A DNA stretch of 64,000 nucleotides from Deferrisomatales bacterium (GTDB lineage: Bacteria; Desulfobacterota; Deferrisomatia; Deferrisomatales; JACRMM01). Under the pieces are notes generated by a model. It was not told the DNA's origin and made no database searches. It saw nothing but the letters and a program-made list of their open reading frames with translations. Each line of letters opens with the position of its first letter. Positions within the stretch are counted from its first letter, which is position 1. The DNA is taken from positions 1 to 64,000 of the forward strand of contig JAWSUI010000007.1 of NCBI GenBank assembly GCA_033551855.1. Direction: 5' to 3'. The position numbers and the translations under genes are program-made. Positions 53,788 through 64,000 of this stretch are shown one piece after another.

Positions 53788-54116
53788 CGGCCATCGTTAG
53801 GGGCACCCGCAGGGGCGTCGCCGTGCTCCGTCCGGTCGGCGAGGTGGGCCGCGACGAGGGAGAGACGCTCTGCCGGGCGGTGAGCGCAGCCTTGGGGGCC
53901 ACGGGGGGCGGCGTTCTCGTCGATCTGCGATCCACCCGGCACATCCACTTTAGGGTGGCTGGCGCCCTGGCCAGGATCGGTCGGGGCCAGCGGCGGCTCG
54001 GGCTCGTGGGTCCCACGCCCTACGTGCGGCAGATCCTGCGGGTGGCCGGCGCCCTGGAAGGAGAACTGCCCGTGTACCGGACCTTTCGCGAGGCGGCCGG
54101 AGACCGGACGGCGTGA
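53784..54116 (+). CDS. STAS-domain (anti-sigma antagonist-like) protein
   Basis: VLRPVGEV, VLVDLRSTRHI, LVGPTPYVRQILRVAG; GTGA overlaps at both ends. Confidence 0.78.
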   Translation: MTAIVRGTRRGVAVLRPVGEVGRDEGETLCRAVSAALGATGGGVLVDLRSTRHIHFRVAGALARIGRGQRRLGLVGPTPYVRQILRVAGALEGELPVYRTFREAAGDRTA

Positions 54117-55069
54117 CGGCCCCCTACCACGTGCCCGTGCTCCTGGAGGAGGCCCTGGGCCTGCTCCTCACGGACACCAACGGGACCTACGTGGACGGGA
54201 CCCTAGGGGGCGGGGGGCACGCTCGGGGGCTCCTGGCTCGGCTCGGGCCCCGGGGGCTCCTGCTGGGTGTGGACCGGGATCCCGAGGCCCTGGCCTCCGC
54301 GGCGCCCCTGGCGGCCCAGTTCCCCGGCAGGTTTCACCTCGTCCGGGGAGATTTCGGGAACCTGGGAGAGATCCTGGCGGCCGAGGGATGGGGGCGCGTC
54401 CAGGGCATTCTCCTGGACCTGGGGGTGTCCTCGCGGCAACTGGACGAGGGCGCGCGAGGCTTCAGCTTCTTGCGGGACGGCCCGCTGGACATGCGCATGG
54501 ACCCGACGGCGGGCGCACCCGCCTCGGACCTGGTCAACACCCTCGACGAGAAGGCCTTGGCCCACCTCTTCCGGGAGTACGGGGAGGAGCCGAGGGCGGG
54601 CCGGGTCGCCCGGGCCGTGACGCGCGCGCGCACCCGCCGCCCCTTCGCCACGACGGGAGAGCTGGCGCGGGTGGTGGAGGAGGCCCTGGGGCGCCGGGGC
54701 GGCAAACACCCCGCAACCCGCGTCTTCCAGGCCCTGCGCATCGCAGTGAACCAAGAACTGGCCTCCCTGGATCGCTTTCTGGGGGCTCTCCCGTCCCTGC
54801 TGAAGCCCGGGGGACGAGTGGTGGTGATCGCCTACCATTCCCTGGAGGACCGCCGGGTGAAGCAGGTGCTGCGGTCTCTTGCCCCCCAGTGCCGCTGTGC
54901 CCCGGAAGCCCTTCGGTGCTCCTGCGGCTCGCCGGGCCTGCTCCGGCCCCTGGGCCGCAAGGCATGGAAGGCGGGGATGGAGGAAGTGCGGGTCAACCCG
55001 CGGGCGAGGAGCGCCCGGCTCCGAGCCGCCGAGCGGCTCCCGGATCCCCCCCGAGGAGGAGCGCGATGA
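54113..55069 (+). CDS. rsmH: 16S rRNA m4C1402 methyltransferase
   Basis: HVPVLL, DGTLGGGGH, DLGVSS.QLD, LDMRMD, HSLEDR, NPRARSARLR. Confidence 0.96.
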   Translation: MTAPYHVPVLLEEALGLLLTDTNGTYVDGTLGGGGHARGLLARLGPRGLLLGVDRDPEALASAAPLAAQFPGRFHLVRGDFGNLGEILAAEGWGRVQGILLDLGVSSRQLDEGARGFSFLRDGPLDMRMDPTAGAPASDLVNTLDEKALAHLFREYGEEPRAGRVARAVTRARTRRPFATTGELARVVEEALGRRGGKHPATRVFQALRIAVNQELASLDRFLGALPSLLKPGGRVVVIAYHSLEDRRVKQVLRSLAPQCRCAPEALRCSCGSPGLLRPLGRKAWKAGMEEVRVNPRARSARLRAAERLPDPPRGGAR

Positions 55070-55392
55070 GCGTCACCAAGCCTGCCCGCGCCTTGGCCCT
55101 GCCGGCCCCGCCCTGGTCCCTCCCCGCGCTGGGACGCTGGGGGGTGCGGGCAGGGGTCTTCGCGCTGTGCCTCTTCTCGGCACTCCTCCTCACCGCCGCC
55201 CGGCTGGAGATCACGAGGCTCCACTACGACCTGAGCGACCTCTACCGCCAGAAGGAGGCCGTGGGTGCAGAGGTCTCGCGGCTGGAGGTGGAGGCTGCGA
55301 CCCTGTCTTCCTCGCGGCGCATCGAGGAGTTGGCCAAGACCCAGGGCTTCGTGTACCCGGACCGGAACAGCGTCATCGTCCTCGATGAGTAG
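55066..55392 (+). CDS. ftsL: Cell division protein FtsL
   Basis: Single TM plus coiled coil (RIEELAK); sits between rsmH and ftsI. Confidence 0.82.
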   Translation: MSVTKPARALALPAPPWSLPALGRWGVRAGVFALCLFSALLLTAARLEITRLHYDLSDLYRQKEAVGAEVSRLEVEAATLSSSRRIEELAKTQGFVYPDRNSVIVLDE

Positions 55393-57352
55393 GAGAAGGG
55401 CGGAAGGGCACCGGGCGGGCCGGGCCGCCCGGTGGCGGATCCGCGTGATCGCCGGTTGCGTGATGGTGCTCTTCGCCCTGGCTGCCCTCCGAGCCGTGCA
55501 GCTTCAGGTCTTCGACGCCCCGGAGCTGCTGGCTCGCACCGAGGATCAGCGTCGCCAGCGCCTGGAGCTGCTCCCGGCACGGGGGGCGATCCTCGACCGC
55601 CACGGGCGGGAGCTCGCCAAGAGCATCCCGGGAGCGAGTGTCTTCGTCGACCCCTCGAGCCTGCTGGGAGCCCAGGAGGATCTCGAGCGCCTCTGCGCAG
55701 CCCTCGGCTTGAAGGTGCGGGAGGCCCGCCAGGCACTCGAGCGAGGGGGGGCGCGCTTCGCCTGGCTCAAGCGCCGGATCACCCCCCGGGAAGAGGAGGC
55801 GGTCCGTTCCCTGGGGATTTCCGGGGTCGGCATCGCCCGGGAGCCCCACCGCACCTACCCCAAGAAGACCCTGGCGGGCCAGGTGGTGGGCTTCGTGGGG
55901 ATTGACGGCCGGGGGCTGGGAGGCCTGGAGTACCGCTTCGACGGGCTCCTGAGAGGCAAGCCCCGCACCGTGCAGGCCGAGCGGGATGCCCGGGGCTGGC
56001 TGCTTCTGACGAGCGCCCCGGACACCGCCGAGGGGAGCGGCAGAAGCCTCGTCCTCACCTTGGACGAAACCATTCAGCACGTGGTGGAGGAGGAGCTCGC
56101 CCGGGCGGTGGACCGGAGCAAGGCTCGGGGCGGTATCGCGGTGGCGATGGATCCCGTGACCGGGGAGATTCTGGCCCTGGCGCAGGTCCCCCTCTTCAAC
56201 CCGAACGCGGTCGCGGACAGCCGGTCCGAGGATCGGAAGGTGCGGGCAGTGGTGGAGGTGTACGAACCGGGCAGCACGTTCAAGGCTCCTTTTCTCGGGA
56301 TCCTGTTCGACCAGAGGCTGGCCCGCCCGTCGGACATCGTCTACTGCGAGAACGGCCGATGGCCCGTCCACCGGCGCGCGATCCACGACACCAAGCCCCA
56401 CGGGTGGCTCTCCGTGGCAGACGTCCTGAAGGTGTCGAGCAACATCGGGGTGGCCAAGCTCTCGGAGAAGCTTTCTCCGCAGGCTCTCTACGACGGCTTG
56501 GGGCGCTTCGGCCTGGGGACTCCGACCGGGGTGGAGCTGGGGGGCGAGTCCGGAGGAATCCTCCCGCCCCCGGCGAGATGGTCCAAGCTCACCCCCAAGA
56601 CCGTCTCGTACGGCCAGGGCGTCTCCGCCACGGCGCTCCAGGTGGTCACCGCAATCGCCGCGCTGGGCAACGGAGGGGTTCGGATGAAGCCGCATCTGCT
56701 GCGGGCCGTCCTGGACGAGGGAGGCAGGGAGGTGGACCAGGTCCAGCCCGAGGTGGCCGGGAGGGCCATCGGGGCGGACGCCGCCGCCTCCCTGGTGCGG
56801 ATCATGGAGCAGGTCGTCTCGGGGCAGGACGGGACCGGTGCCCAGGCGGCCGTGCCGGGGTACCGCGTGGCGGGCAAGACCGGGACCTCGTGGAAGCCGG
56901 ACCTGGTCAAGGGGGGCTATCAGCGCGACAAGGTCGTGGTGAGCTTCGCCGGGTTCGTCCCGTCTCGGGCGCCCCGCCTCGCCCTGCTGGTTGCCGTGGA
57001 CGAGCCGACCCAGGGCTCCCGTTACGGAAGCACCGTGGCTGCTCCCGCCTTTCGGGAGATGGCCAGGCGGATCCTGGGCTACCTCAAGGTCCCGCCGGAG
57101 CCGGGTGGCGAGACGTCGGGACCGGCCGTCGCCCGGAGGCCCCAACGGGGCGACGCAGAGACGCCCATGGGTACCATGCCCGACGTCCAGGGCCTGACCA
57201 TGCGGGAGGTGCTCCGGCGCCTCGAGGCCGCGGGGGTCAGCCTGCGGGTGAGCCTGATGGGGTCCGGCGTGGCCGCCACCCAGGACCCGGCCCCCGGAAC
57301 TCCCCTTGACGGGGGACAGGCGTGCCGGATCGTCTTCCGGCCCCTGTTGTAA
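55385..57352 (+). CDS. ftsI: PBP3/FtsI transpeptidase with PASTA domain
   Basis: RGAILDR, EPGSTFK, SSN, KTGT. Confidence 0.93.
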   Translation: MSRRRAEGHRAGRAARWRIRVIAGCVMVLFALAALRAVQLQVFDAPELLARTEDQRRQRLELLPARGAILDRHGRELAKSIPGASVFVDPSSLLGAQEDLERLCAALGLKVREARQALERGGARFAWLKRRITPREEEAVRSLGISGVGIAREPHRTYPKKTLAGQVVGFVGIDGRGLGGLEYRFDGLLRGKPRTVQAERDARGWLLLTSAPDTAEGSGRSLVLTLDETIQHVVEEELARAVDRSKARGGIAVAMDPVTGEILALAQVPLFNPNAVADSRSEDRKVRAVVEVYEPGSTFKAPFLGILFDQRLARPSDIVYCENGRWPVHRRAIHDTKPHGWLSVADVLKVSSNIGVAKLSEKLSPQALYDGLGRFGLGTPTGVELGGESGGILPPPARWSKLTPKTVSYGQGVSATALQVVTAIAALGNGGVRMKPHLLRAVLDEGGREVDQVQPEVAGRAIGADAAASLVRIMEQVVSGQDGTGAQAAVPGYRVAGKTGTSWKPDLVKGGYQRDKVVVSFAGFVPSRAPRLALLVAVDEPTQGSRYGSTVAAPAFREMARRILGYLKVPPEPGGETSGPAVARRPQRGDAETPMGTMPDVQGLTMREVLRRLEAAGVSLRVSLMGSGVAATQDPAPGTPLDGGQACRIVFRPLL

Positions 57353-57392
57353 ACGGACGCGCGCTTCGGGCCCGGCCCGGAGGAGACAGAGC

Positions 57393-58886
57393 TTGCGCCT
57401 CTCCCGACTCCTGCAGGGCATGCCTGTCGAGCACCTGGACCCCGGCGACCCGGAGGTGGCTGGGGTGGCTTGCGACTCGCGCGCCGTGGGCCCCGGCGGC
57501 CTCTTCGTCGCCCTTCGGGGAAGCCGAGCCGACGGCCACGACCACCTGGAGACCGCCGCCCGTGCCGGGGCGGTCGCCTGCCTCATCCAGGACCCGCGCC
57601 CCGGCTTCGGGATGGTCCGGGTCCGGGTCCCCGACCCGGAGGCGGCCCTGGGTCGGACAGCGTCGGCATTCTACGGGCACCCCTCGCGGGCGCTCCGACT
57701 GGTGGGGATCACCGGCACCAACGGGAAGACCACGACCGCCTATCTGATCCAACACCTCTTGGAGGCGTCCAGGGTCCGCACCGGCCGACTCGGGACCGTG
57801 TCGTACGCATTCCCCCGGGGAGAAGAGCCGGCCCCCCTCACGACCCCTGACGCCCCCACGCTCCAGGCGGCGCTGGCCCGGATGAGGGACGAGGGCGCAG
57901 CGGCCGTGGTGATGGAAGTGAGCTCCCACGCCCTGGTGCGCCGGCGGGTGGAGGGGTGTGCGTTCGCGTGCGCGGTGTTCACCAACCTGAGCCAGGATCA
58001 CCTGGACTTCCACGGGTCCATGGAAGCCTATTTCGAGAGCAAGCGGCTGCTCTTCAGCCGGTACGCGCCCGAGGCCCCCGCCGTGCTCAACGCCGAGGAT
58101 CCCTACGGCCGACGCCTCCTGGCCGATGCCTCCGCACGGGTTGTGACCTATGGCCTCAGGGCCGGGGAGGTGCGCTTCGAGCTGGAGGAGTTGGGGCCGC
58201 GGACCCTGCGGGGGACCGTGTGCTACCCCGGGGGCCGGGCGGCGGTGCAGGCCCCCATGGTGGGGGAGCTGAACGCCTGGAACGTCGCCTGCGCCCTGGC
58301 GACGACCCATGCGCTGGGCCTGGACGTGGCGGCGGCGGCGGCGGCCCTGGAGAACGCTCCCCCCATCCCGGGGCGCCTCGAGCTCGTGGACGGCGGCGGC
58401 GGGCTTTCCGTGTTCGTCGACTACGCCCACACCCCCGACGCGCTGGAGAGGGCGCTCACGGCCCTGCGAGGCTTTGGGGGCCGCCGGGTCCTGTGCGTGT
58501 TCGGGTGTGGGGGGGACCGGGACCGGGCCAAGCGGCCCCTCATGGCCCGGGCGGCCGCCAGCTGGAGCGACGCCCTGGTCCTCACGGCGGACAACTCCCG
58601 CTCCGAATCGACCGAGGCGATCTTGGATGCGGTCGAGGACGGCCTCCCCCCGGAGTGGCGCCCGGCGGCGTCCCCCCGGGAGCTGGCCGCCGCCGACCGG
58701 AGCTTCGCCCGGGTCCCCGACCGCGCCGAGGCCATCCGCTGGGCCATCCGGGCCGCCAGGCCGGGAGATGTGGTGCTGATCGCAGGAAAGGGCCACGAGA
58801 CGACCCAGGCCCTGGGGGATCGGGTGCTTCCCTTCGACGACCGGCTCGTGGCCCGGGCGATGCTGCGGGAGGGGGCGGGGCCGTGA
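57393..58886 (+). CDS. murE: UDP-MurNAc-tripeptide synthetase
   Basis: [44 protein letters not shown] start after GGAGGAG. Confidence 0.94.
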   Translation: MRLSRLLQGMPVEHLDPGDPEVAGVACDSRAVGPGGLFVALRGSRADGHDHLETAARAGAVACLIQDPRPGFGMVRVRVPDPEAALGRTASAFYGHPSRALRLVGITGTNGKTTTAYLIQHLLEASRVRTGRLGTVSYAFPRGEEPAPLTTPDAPTLQAALARMRDEGAAAVVMEVSSHALVRRRVEGCAFACAVFTNLSQDHLDFHGSMEAYFESKRLLFSRYAPEAPAVLNAEDPYGRRLLADASARVVTYGLRAGEVRFELEELGPRTLRGTVCYPGGRAAVQAPMVGELNAWNVACALATTHALGLDVAAAAAALENAPPIPGRLELVDGGGGLSVFVDYAHTPDALERALTALRGFGGRRVLCVFGCGGDRDRAKRPLMARAAASWSDALVLTADNSRSESTEAILDAVEDGLPPEWRPAASPRELAAADRSFARVPDRAEAIRWAIRAARPGDVVLIAGKGHETTQALGDRVLPFDDRLVARAMLREGAGP

Positions 58887-60241
58887 GGCTGCGCCTGGAG
58901 GAGGTGGCGCAAGCCACCCAGGGCCTTCCCGAAGGCCCCCCGGAACTGGTCTTCCAGGGGGTCTCCACAGACTCCCGCACCACGGCACCGGGAACCCTGT
59001 TCATTGCCCTGGCAGGTCCTCGCCACGACGGCCACGATCACCTTGCCGAAGCGGTGGAACGGGGGGCCACAGGCGTTCTCATCCACCGGGGGACCCCACC
59101 GCCGGGTGCGGCCGCGGTCCGGGTCGTCGATACCCTGGTGGGACTGGGCCGGCTCGGGCGCCACGTGCGGCGCCGCCTGGGCCTGCAGGTACTGGCGGTA
59201 ACGGGAAGCGTGGGCAAGACCACCACCAAGGAGCTCGCCGCCGCGCTCCTGCGCGCCGCGGGGCTGAGCACCCTTCAGACGCCGGGAAACTGGAACAACC
59301 GGGTGGGGCTGCCCCTCACCCTGCTCGGCGCTACCGGGGAGGAGCAGGCTGCCGTCTTGGAGCTGGGGATCAGCGAGCCGGGGGAGATGGCCGACCTGAC
59401 CGGGATCTGCGAGCCCGACGTCGCCTTGATCACCGCCGTCGCAGAGTGCCACTGTGAGGGGCTCGGCACCCTCGAGGACATCGCTCGGGAGAAGCTCTCG
59501 GTGGTGCGGGGCCTGGCGCCTGGAGGCACCCTGGTACTGCCCCACGGGGCCCCGCTGCTGCCTCCGCCCCCCGGGGTGAAGACCCTCACCTTCGGGTGGG
59601 AAGGGGGGGCCGACGTGCGGGGCACGGACGTGTCCTGCACCGCGGAGGGCGGAACCACGTTCCGGGTAGAGGGCCGGGAGCTCCGCCTCGCCCTCCCGGG
59701 CCGCCACAATGCTTCGAACGCCTTGGCAGCCCTGGCTGCGGCGCGCGCCCTGGGGGTCCCCTGGGACAACGCCGCCGACGCCCTCGCCGGCGTCCGTCCC
59801 GCCCCCCTGCGGGGCGAGGTGCGCACCGCCCCCGGCGGCGCCCACCTCCTGGTGGACTGCTACAACGCAAACCCCGCTGCGGTAGAGGCCGCCCTGGAGA
59901 CCCTGGGGGAGCTGGCGGGCCCCTCGCGCAAGCTCGCTGTCCTGGGGGAAATGCGAGAGCTCGGCCCCCTCAGCCGGGACGGCCACGCCCGGGTCGGGCG
60001 CGCGGCCGCCGCCCTCCCGGTGGAAGAGCTCCACCTGCTCGGCGACGAGACCGTCCCAGCTCGGGATGCGGCCGTCGCGGCAGGCCTGCCGGCAGACCGC
60101 GTCCGGATCTACGCAAACCAGGAAACCCTGGCCGCCGCCGTGCTCGCCCGTCTGGAGGGCGGTGACTGGATCCTTGTGAAAGGCAGCCGAGCCCTGGGGC
60201 TCGAAGCGGTGGCCGACGCGCTGGCCGCCTGGAAGGGATGA
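58883..60241 (+). CDS. murF: UDP-MurNAc-pentapeptide synthetase
   Basis: [39 protein letters not shown]. Confidence 0.94.
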   Translation: MRLRLEEVAQATQGLPEGPPELVFQGVSTDSRTTAPGTLFIALAGPRHDGHDHLAEAVERGATGVLIHRGTPPPGAAAVRVVDTLVGLGRLGRHVRRRLGLQVLAVTGSVGKTTTKELAAALLRAAGLSTLQTPGNWNNRVGLPLTLLGATGEEQAAVLELGISEPGEMADLTGICEPDVALITAVAECHCEGLGTLEDIAREKLSVVRGLAPGGTLVLPHGAPLLPPPPGVKTLTFGWEGGADVRGTDVSCTAEGGTTFRVEGRELRLALPGRHNASNALAALAAARALGVPWDNAADALAGVRPAPLRGEVRTAPGGAHLLVDCYNANPAAVEAALETLGELAGPSRKLAVLGEMRELGPLSRDGHARVGRAAAALPVEELHLLGDETVPARDAAVAAGLPADRVRIYANQETLAAAVLARLEGGDWILVKGSRALGLEAVADALAAWKG

Positions 60242-60293
60242 CCGTGGACCGCTCCCCGTGCCGCAGCTCCGTGAGCCCCTGGGGGGGGCACGC

Positions 60294-61370
60294 ATGATCT
60301 ATCGCCTGTTCTATGCGTTCCAGGAGACGTTCAGCGCACTCAACGTCTTTCGGTACATCACCTTCCGCTCGGTGGTGGGAATGCTCACCGCCCTGCTCTT
60401 GGCGCTCGTGCTGGGCCCCCGGGTGATCCGGGCGCTGCGCCGGCTGAAGATGGGCCAGGCCGTGCGGGACGACGGCCCCCAGACCCACCTGGCGAAGGAG
60501 GGGACGCCCACCATGGGCGGCATCCTGATCCTACTCGCCCTGGGGATCTCTACCTTGGCCTGGGCCGACCCCGCAACCCCCTCGGTGTGGATCGTGCTGG
60601 GGGTCACCCTGGGCTTCGGGGCCGTGGGCTTCGCCGACGACTATCTCAAGGTGGCCCGGCGCAACCCCAAGGGCCTCTCGGCCCGGACCAAGCTGTGGTT
60701 TCTGGTGGCGATTGCCACCGCCGGCTGCCTGGCCCTCTGGTCCACCCCGGGCTTCGACACCCGCCTGGCGGTCCCCTTCTTCAAGGACCTGCGGCCGGAC
60801 CTCGGGTGGCTCTACCTGCCCTTCGCCGTCTTCGTGGTGGTCGGTGCGGGCAACGCCGTCAACCTCACCGACGGCCTGGACGGTCTCGCCATCGGCCCGG
60901 TCATCACGGCGAGCGTCACCTACCTGCTGTTCTCCTACGCCGCAGGCCACGCAGGGATCGCCGAGTACCTCCAGATCCCCTTCGTCTCGGGGGCCGGGGA
61001 GCTCAGCGTCTTCTGCGCGGCCATGGCCGGCGCCGCGCTGGGCTTCCTCTGGTACAACGCCTACCCGGCCCAGGTCTTCATGGGTGACGTGGGGGCCCTC
61101 GCCCTGGGTGGGGCCCTGGGCATGGTGGCGGTAGTGACCAAATTCGAGATCGTGCTCGCCCTGGTGGGGGGCGTCTTTGTCCTGGAGACGGGCAGCGTGA
61201 TGCTGCAAGTGGCCTCCTACAAGATTCGGCGCAAGAGGATCTTTCGCATGGCCCCCCTCCACCACCACTTCGAGCTCAAGGGCTGGGCCGAGCCCAAGAT
61301 CATCGTGCGGTTCTGGATCATCTCGATCATCCTGGCCCTGCTCGGCCTCTCCACCCTGAAGCTGAGGTGA
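60294..61370 (+). CDS. mraY: Phospho-MurNAc-pentapeptide transferase
   Basis: [36 protein letters not shown]. Confidence 0.96.
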   Translation: MIYRLFYAFQETFSALNVFRYITFRSVVGMLTALLLALVLGPRVIRALRRLKMGQAVRDDGPQTHLAKEGTPTMGGILILLALGISTLAWADPATPSVWIVLGVTLGFGAVGFADDYLKVARRNPKGLSARTKLWFLVAIATAGCLALWSTPGFDTRLAVPFFKDLRPDLGWLYLPFAVFVVVGAGNAVNLTDGLDGLAIGPVITASVTYLLFSYAAGHAGIAEYLQIPFVSGAGELSVFCAAMAGAALGFLWYNAYPAQVFMGDVGALALGGALGMVAVVTKFEIVLALVGGVFVLETGSVMLQVASYKIRRKRIFRMAPLHHHFELKGWAEPKIIVRFWIISIILALLGLSTLKLR

Positions 61371-62755
61371 CGATGGGAACGGGCGGCGGCAGGGCGGTGG
61401 TCTTGGGTGCCGGGGTGAGCGGCCGGGCGGCTGCCCGCTTCCTGCTCTCCCGGGGATGGGCCGTAGACATCCACGACGACGCCCCCAGCGCGGGCCTCCA
61501 CCCGGGCACGGAGGGCCTGCAGCGAGAGGGTGCGCTGCTGCTGGCAGGAGGGGTCGCGCTCGATCCGACCCGGTACGACCTGGCCGTGTTGAGCCCGGGC
61601 ATCTCGGTCCACGCCCCCCGAGTCAGGGCGCTGGCGGAGGCCGGGGTGGAGGTGACCGGGGAGGTGGAGCTCGCCGCCCGGCACCTCTCCGCTCCGGTGC
61701 TCGCCGTCACCGGCACCAACGGCAAGACCACCGTCACCGAGCTCCTGGGGGAGATCCTGCGGGCCCAGGGGAAGAGGGTGTTCGTGGGGGGAAATCTGGG
61801 AACCCCCCTGGTGGAGGCCGTGGGGGGCGACTGGGACTTTCTGGTGGCGGAGGTCTCGAGCTTCCAGCTGGAGACCATCTCCCGGTTTCGGCCCCGCGTC
61901 GCGGTGCTCCTCAACGTTACCGACGATCACTTCGACCGCCACGGCGACCTCGCCGGGTACGCCCGGGCCAAGGAACGCGTCTTCGAGAATCAGGGCCCGG
62001 GGGACGCCGCGGTCGTCAACCGGGAGGACCCGGTGGCCTGGGAGGCGGCGCGGCGAGCCCGCTCGGCCGTGCTCCCCTTCTCCGTGAGCCGCATCCTCCC
62101 GGTCGGCGCCTGGCTGGAGGGAGACGACGCGGTCTTCCTGCTGCCGGGCCACGACGGCGTGCGGGTGCCCGCGACCTCCCTGCAACTCCCCGGTCGCTTC
62201 AACCGAGGGAACGCCCTGGCTGCGTGTCTCGCCGCCGCCTGGGTCGGGGTCTCCCCCCAAGGGGCATGGGAGGCCGCCCGGGGCTTCTCCGGGCGGCCCC
62301 ACCGCCTCGAGCCGTTCCTCTACTGGGAGGGCATACGGTTCGTGGACGACTCGAAGGCCACCAACGTCGGCGCGGTGGTCGCGGCACTGGACAGCGTCGA
62401 GGGTCCGGTGGTTCTGGTGGCCGGCGGAGTGGACAAGGGCGGGGACTACTCGGCCCTCGCCCCCCCCTTGACGAGCCGGGCACGGGAGGTAGTGCTCGTG
62501 GGCGCTGCCGCCCCGCAGATGGCCGACGCCTTGGCCGGCGGCCTGGCCGGGCGGGTTCCGGTGGGCGTTTTCCCGGACTGGCCCTCCGCGGTGCGCCGGG
62601 CGGTGGCTGCCGCGCGCCCCGGCGACACCGTCCTCCTCTCGCCGGCCTGCTCGAGCTTCGATGTCTTTCAGGACTACGCCGAACGGGGCGACACCTTCCA
62701 GCGCCTGTGCCGCGAAGAGACAGCCCGGCTCACGGAGAGGTCGGGAGATGACTGA
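61367..62755 (+). CDS. murD: UDP-MurNAc-L-Ala:D-Glu ligase
   Basis: [33 protein letters not shown]. Confidence 0.95.
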   Translation: MTMGTGGGRAVVLGAGVSGRAAARFLLSRGWAVDIHDDAPSAGLHPGTEGLQREGALLLAGGVALDPTRYDLAVLSPGISVHAPRVRALAEAGVEVTGEVELAARHLSAPVLAVTGTNGKTTVTELLGEILRAQGKRVFVGGNLGTPLVEAVGGDWDFLVAEVSSFQLETISRFRPRVAVLLNVTDDHFDRHGDLAGYARAKERVFENQGPGDAAVVNREDPVAWEAARRARSAVLPFSVSRILPVGAWLEGDDAVFLLPGHDGVRVPATSLQLPGRFNRGNALAACLAAAWVGVSPQGAWEAARGFSGRPHRLEPFLYWEGIRFVDDSKATNVGAVVAALDSVEGPVVLVAGGVDKGGDYSALAPPLTSRAREVVLVGAAAPQMADALAGGLAGRVPVGVFPDWPSAVRRAVAAARPGDTVLLSPACSSFDVFQDYAERGDTFQRLCREETARLTERSGDD

Positions 62756-63851
62756 CGGGGGCCGGACCGACTGGGTGGTGCTCGGCGCCGCCTTCCTGCT
62801 CACCGCGGTGGGGCTCGTGCTGGTGTACTCCACGTCGTCCCCCCTCGCCTTTGGCCGGGAGGGCGCGGACACGGCGTCCTACCTCAAGCGCTCCCTGGCC
62901 TTCGCCGGCCTCGGGGCCGTGGCGGCCTGCGCGGCTGCCCGCGTCCCCACGACCTGGCTCCGCCGGGCCGCCTACCCGGCCCTGGCTGCGGCCACCGTGC
63001 TCCTGGTCCTGCCCTGGGTTCCCTCCGTGGGACAGGCGGTGAACGGAGCCCACCGGTGGGTGCGGGTCGGGGGGTTCGGCTTCCAGCCTTCCGAGCTGGC
63101 GAAGCTGGCCCTGATCCTCTTCCTGGCCCACAGCCTGGCCAAGCGGGGAGACGGGGTGCAGTCCTTCGCCTACGGGTACCTGCCCCACGTCGTCCTGCCG
63201 GCGATTCCGATCGGGCTGGTCTTGGCCGGCCCGGACCTGGGGACGGCCATCCTCCTCGCCGCGGTCGTGGGGGTGACGGCTTTCAGCGGGGGAGTGCGGC
63301 TTCGCCACCTGGGCGCCGGGCTGCTCCCCCTTGTTCCTCTGGCCGTCTACCTGCTCTGGTTCGTCTCCTTCCGACGGGACCGCATCCTCGCGTTCCTCGA
63401 CCCCTGGAGCCACGCCCAGGGGGCCGGTTTTCAACTCGTCCAGAGCCTCCTGGCCTTCGGCGCAGGCGGTATCTGGGGTGTCGGGCTCGGGGCCGGCCGC
63501 CAGAAGCTCTACTACCTGCCGGAGGCCCACACGGATTTCATCCTGAGCGTCTGGGCCGAGGAGCGCGGCCTCGTGGGGATTCTCCTCGTACTGCTCCTGG
63601 TCGCCGTCCTGGTCTGGCGGGGCTACCGGATCGCCCTTCGCCAGGAAGACCCCTTTCGCCGTCTGCTGGCGACGGGGATCAGCACGTGGCTCGGCTTCCA
63701 AGCGGCGCTCAACGCCCTCGTGGTCACGGGGTGCCTGCCCACGAAGGGCCTCCCCTTTCCCTTCCTCTCCTACGGCGGGACCGGCCTGGTGGTGTGCCTC
63801 ACCGGGGCCGGGCTCCTGGCCGGGCTCGCCCGGCAGGAGCAGCAGGCATGA
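62748..63851 (+). CDS. ftsW: SEDS peptidoglycan polymerase FtsW
   Basis: NGAHRW, FQPSELAK, PDLGT, LPEAHTDFI, PTKG.PFPFLSYGG. Confidence 0.94.
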   Translation: MTDGGRTDWVVLGAAFLLTAVGLVLVYSTSSPLAFGREGADTASYLKRSLAFAGLGAVAACAAARVPTTWLRRAAYPALAAATVLLVLPWVPSVGQAVNGAHRWVRVGGFGFQPSELAKLALILFLAHSLAKRGDGVQSFAYGYLPHVVLPAIPIGLVLAGPDLGTAILLAAVVGVTAFSGGVRLRHLGAGLLPLVPLAVYLLWFVSFRRDRILAFLDPWSHAQGAGFQLVQSLLAFGAGGIWGVGLGAGRQKLYYLPEAHTDFILSVWAEERGLVGILLVLLLVAVLVWRGYRIALRQEDPFRRLLATGISTWLGFQAALNALVVTGCLPTKGLPFPFLSYGGTGLVVCLTGAGLLAGLARQEQQA

Positions 63852-64000
63852 GGCTCTTGATCGCCGGGGGCGGCACCGGGGGCCACCTCTTCCCGGGGAT
63901 TGCGGTAGCCGAGGAGCTCCTGTCCCGGGGGAAGGAACACGCCGTGCTCTTCGCCGGAACGGACCGGGGGCTCGAGGCCCGGGTGCTCCCCCCCCTGGGG
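63848..64000 (+). CDS. murG: MurG glycosyltransferase (5' part, runs off the window)
   Basis: MRLLIAGGGTGGHLFPGIAVA...GTDRGLE. Confidence 0.92.
   Translation, partial: MRLLIAGGGTGGHLFPGIAVAEELLSRGKEHAVLFAGTDRGLEARVLPPLG

Noticed and set aside
58083..58094. GTGCTCAACGCC identical to the repeat start
   Set aside because: Encodes the conserved VLNA of MurE; coincidental.

Overview
High-GC (about 70% by eye) bacterial chromosome window. Gene content suggests an anaerobic deltaproteobacterium (Desulfobacterota/Myxococcota-like; inference only). 1-10.7 kb: a complete MYXAN-type type I CRISPR-Cas locus on the minus strand (cas6-cas3-cas8[+internal cas11]-cas7-cas5, then cas4/cas1-cas2, leader and an 11-repeat array). 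A co-oriented block of five toxin-antitoxin genes (frameshifted HEPN, MNT, orphan HicB, antitoxin + PIN/VapC) sits between the interference and adaptation modules. 11-20 kb: redox/stress genes and an nqrBCDEF-like operon with its own promoter, no nqrA/rnfC, and a trailing uncharacterised Cys/His protein. 20-53 kb: housekeeping and signalling genes (pcnB, htpX, Hsp20-LonC, cls, CXXCH-bearing DsbC, a two-component system with benzoate-CoA ligase and a symporter, M16C protease, prfC, a GAF-GGDEF with the Hypr/cGAMP-synthase Asp-to-Ser signature, a heterodimeric ABC exporter, CorC). 53-64 kb: the dcw cluster from mraZ to murG (truncated), with a STAS gene between mraZ and rsmH. Best candidates for novelty: the TA block inside the cas operon, the NqrA-less Nqr plus accessory protein, and the Hypr GGDEF. 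All calls were made by eye from motifs; no database searches were run.
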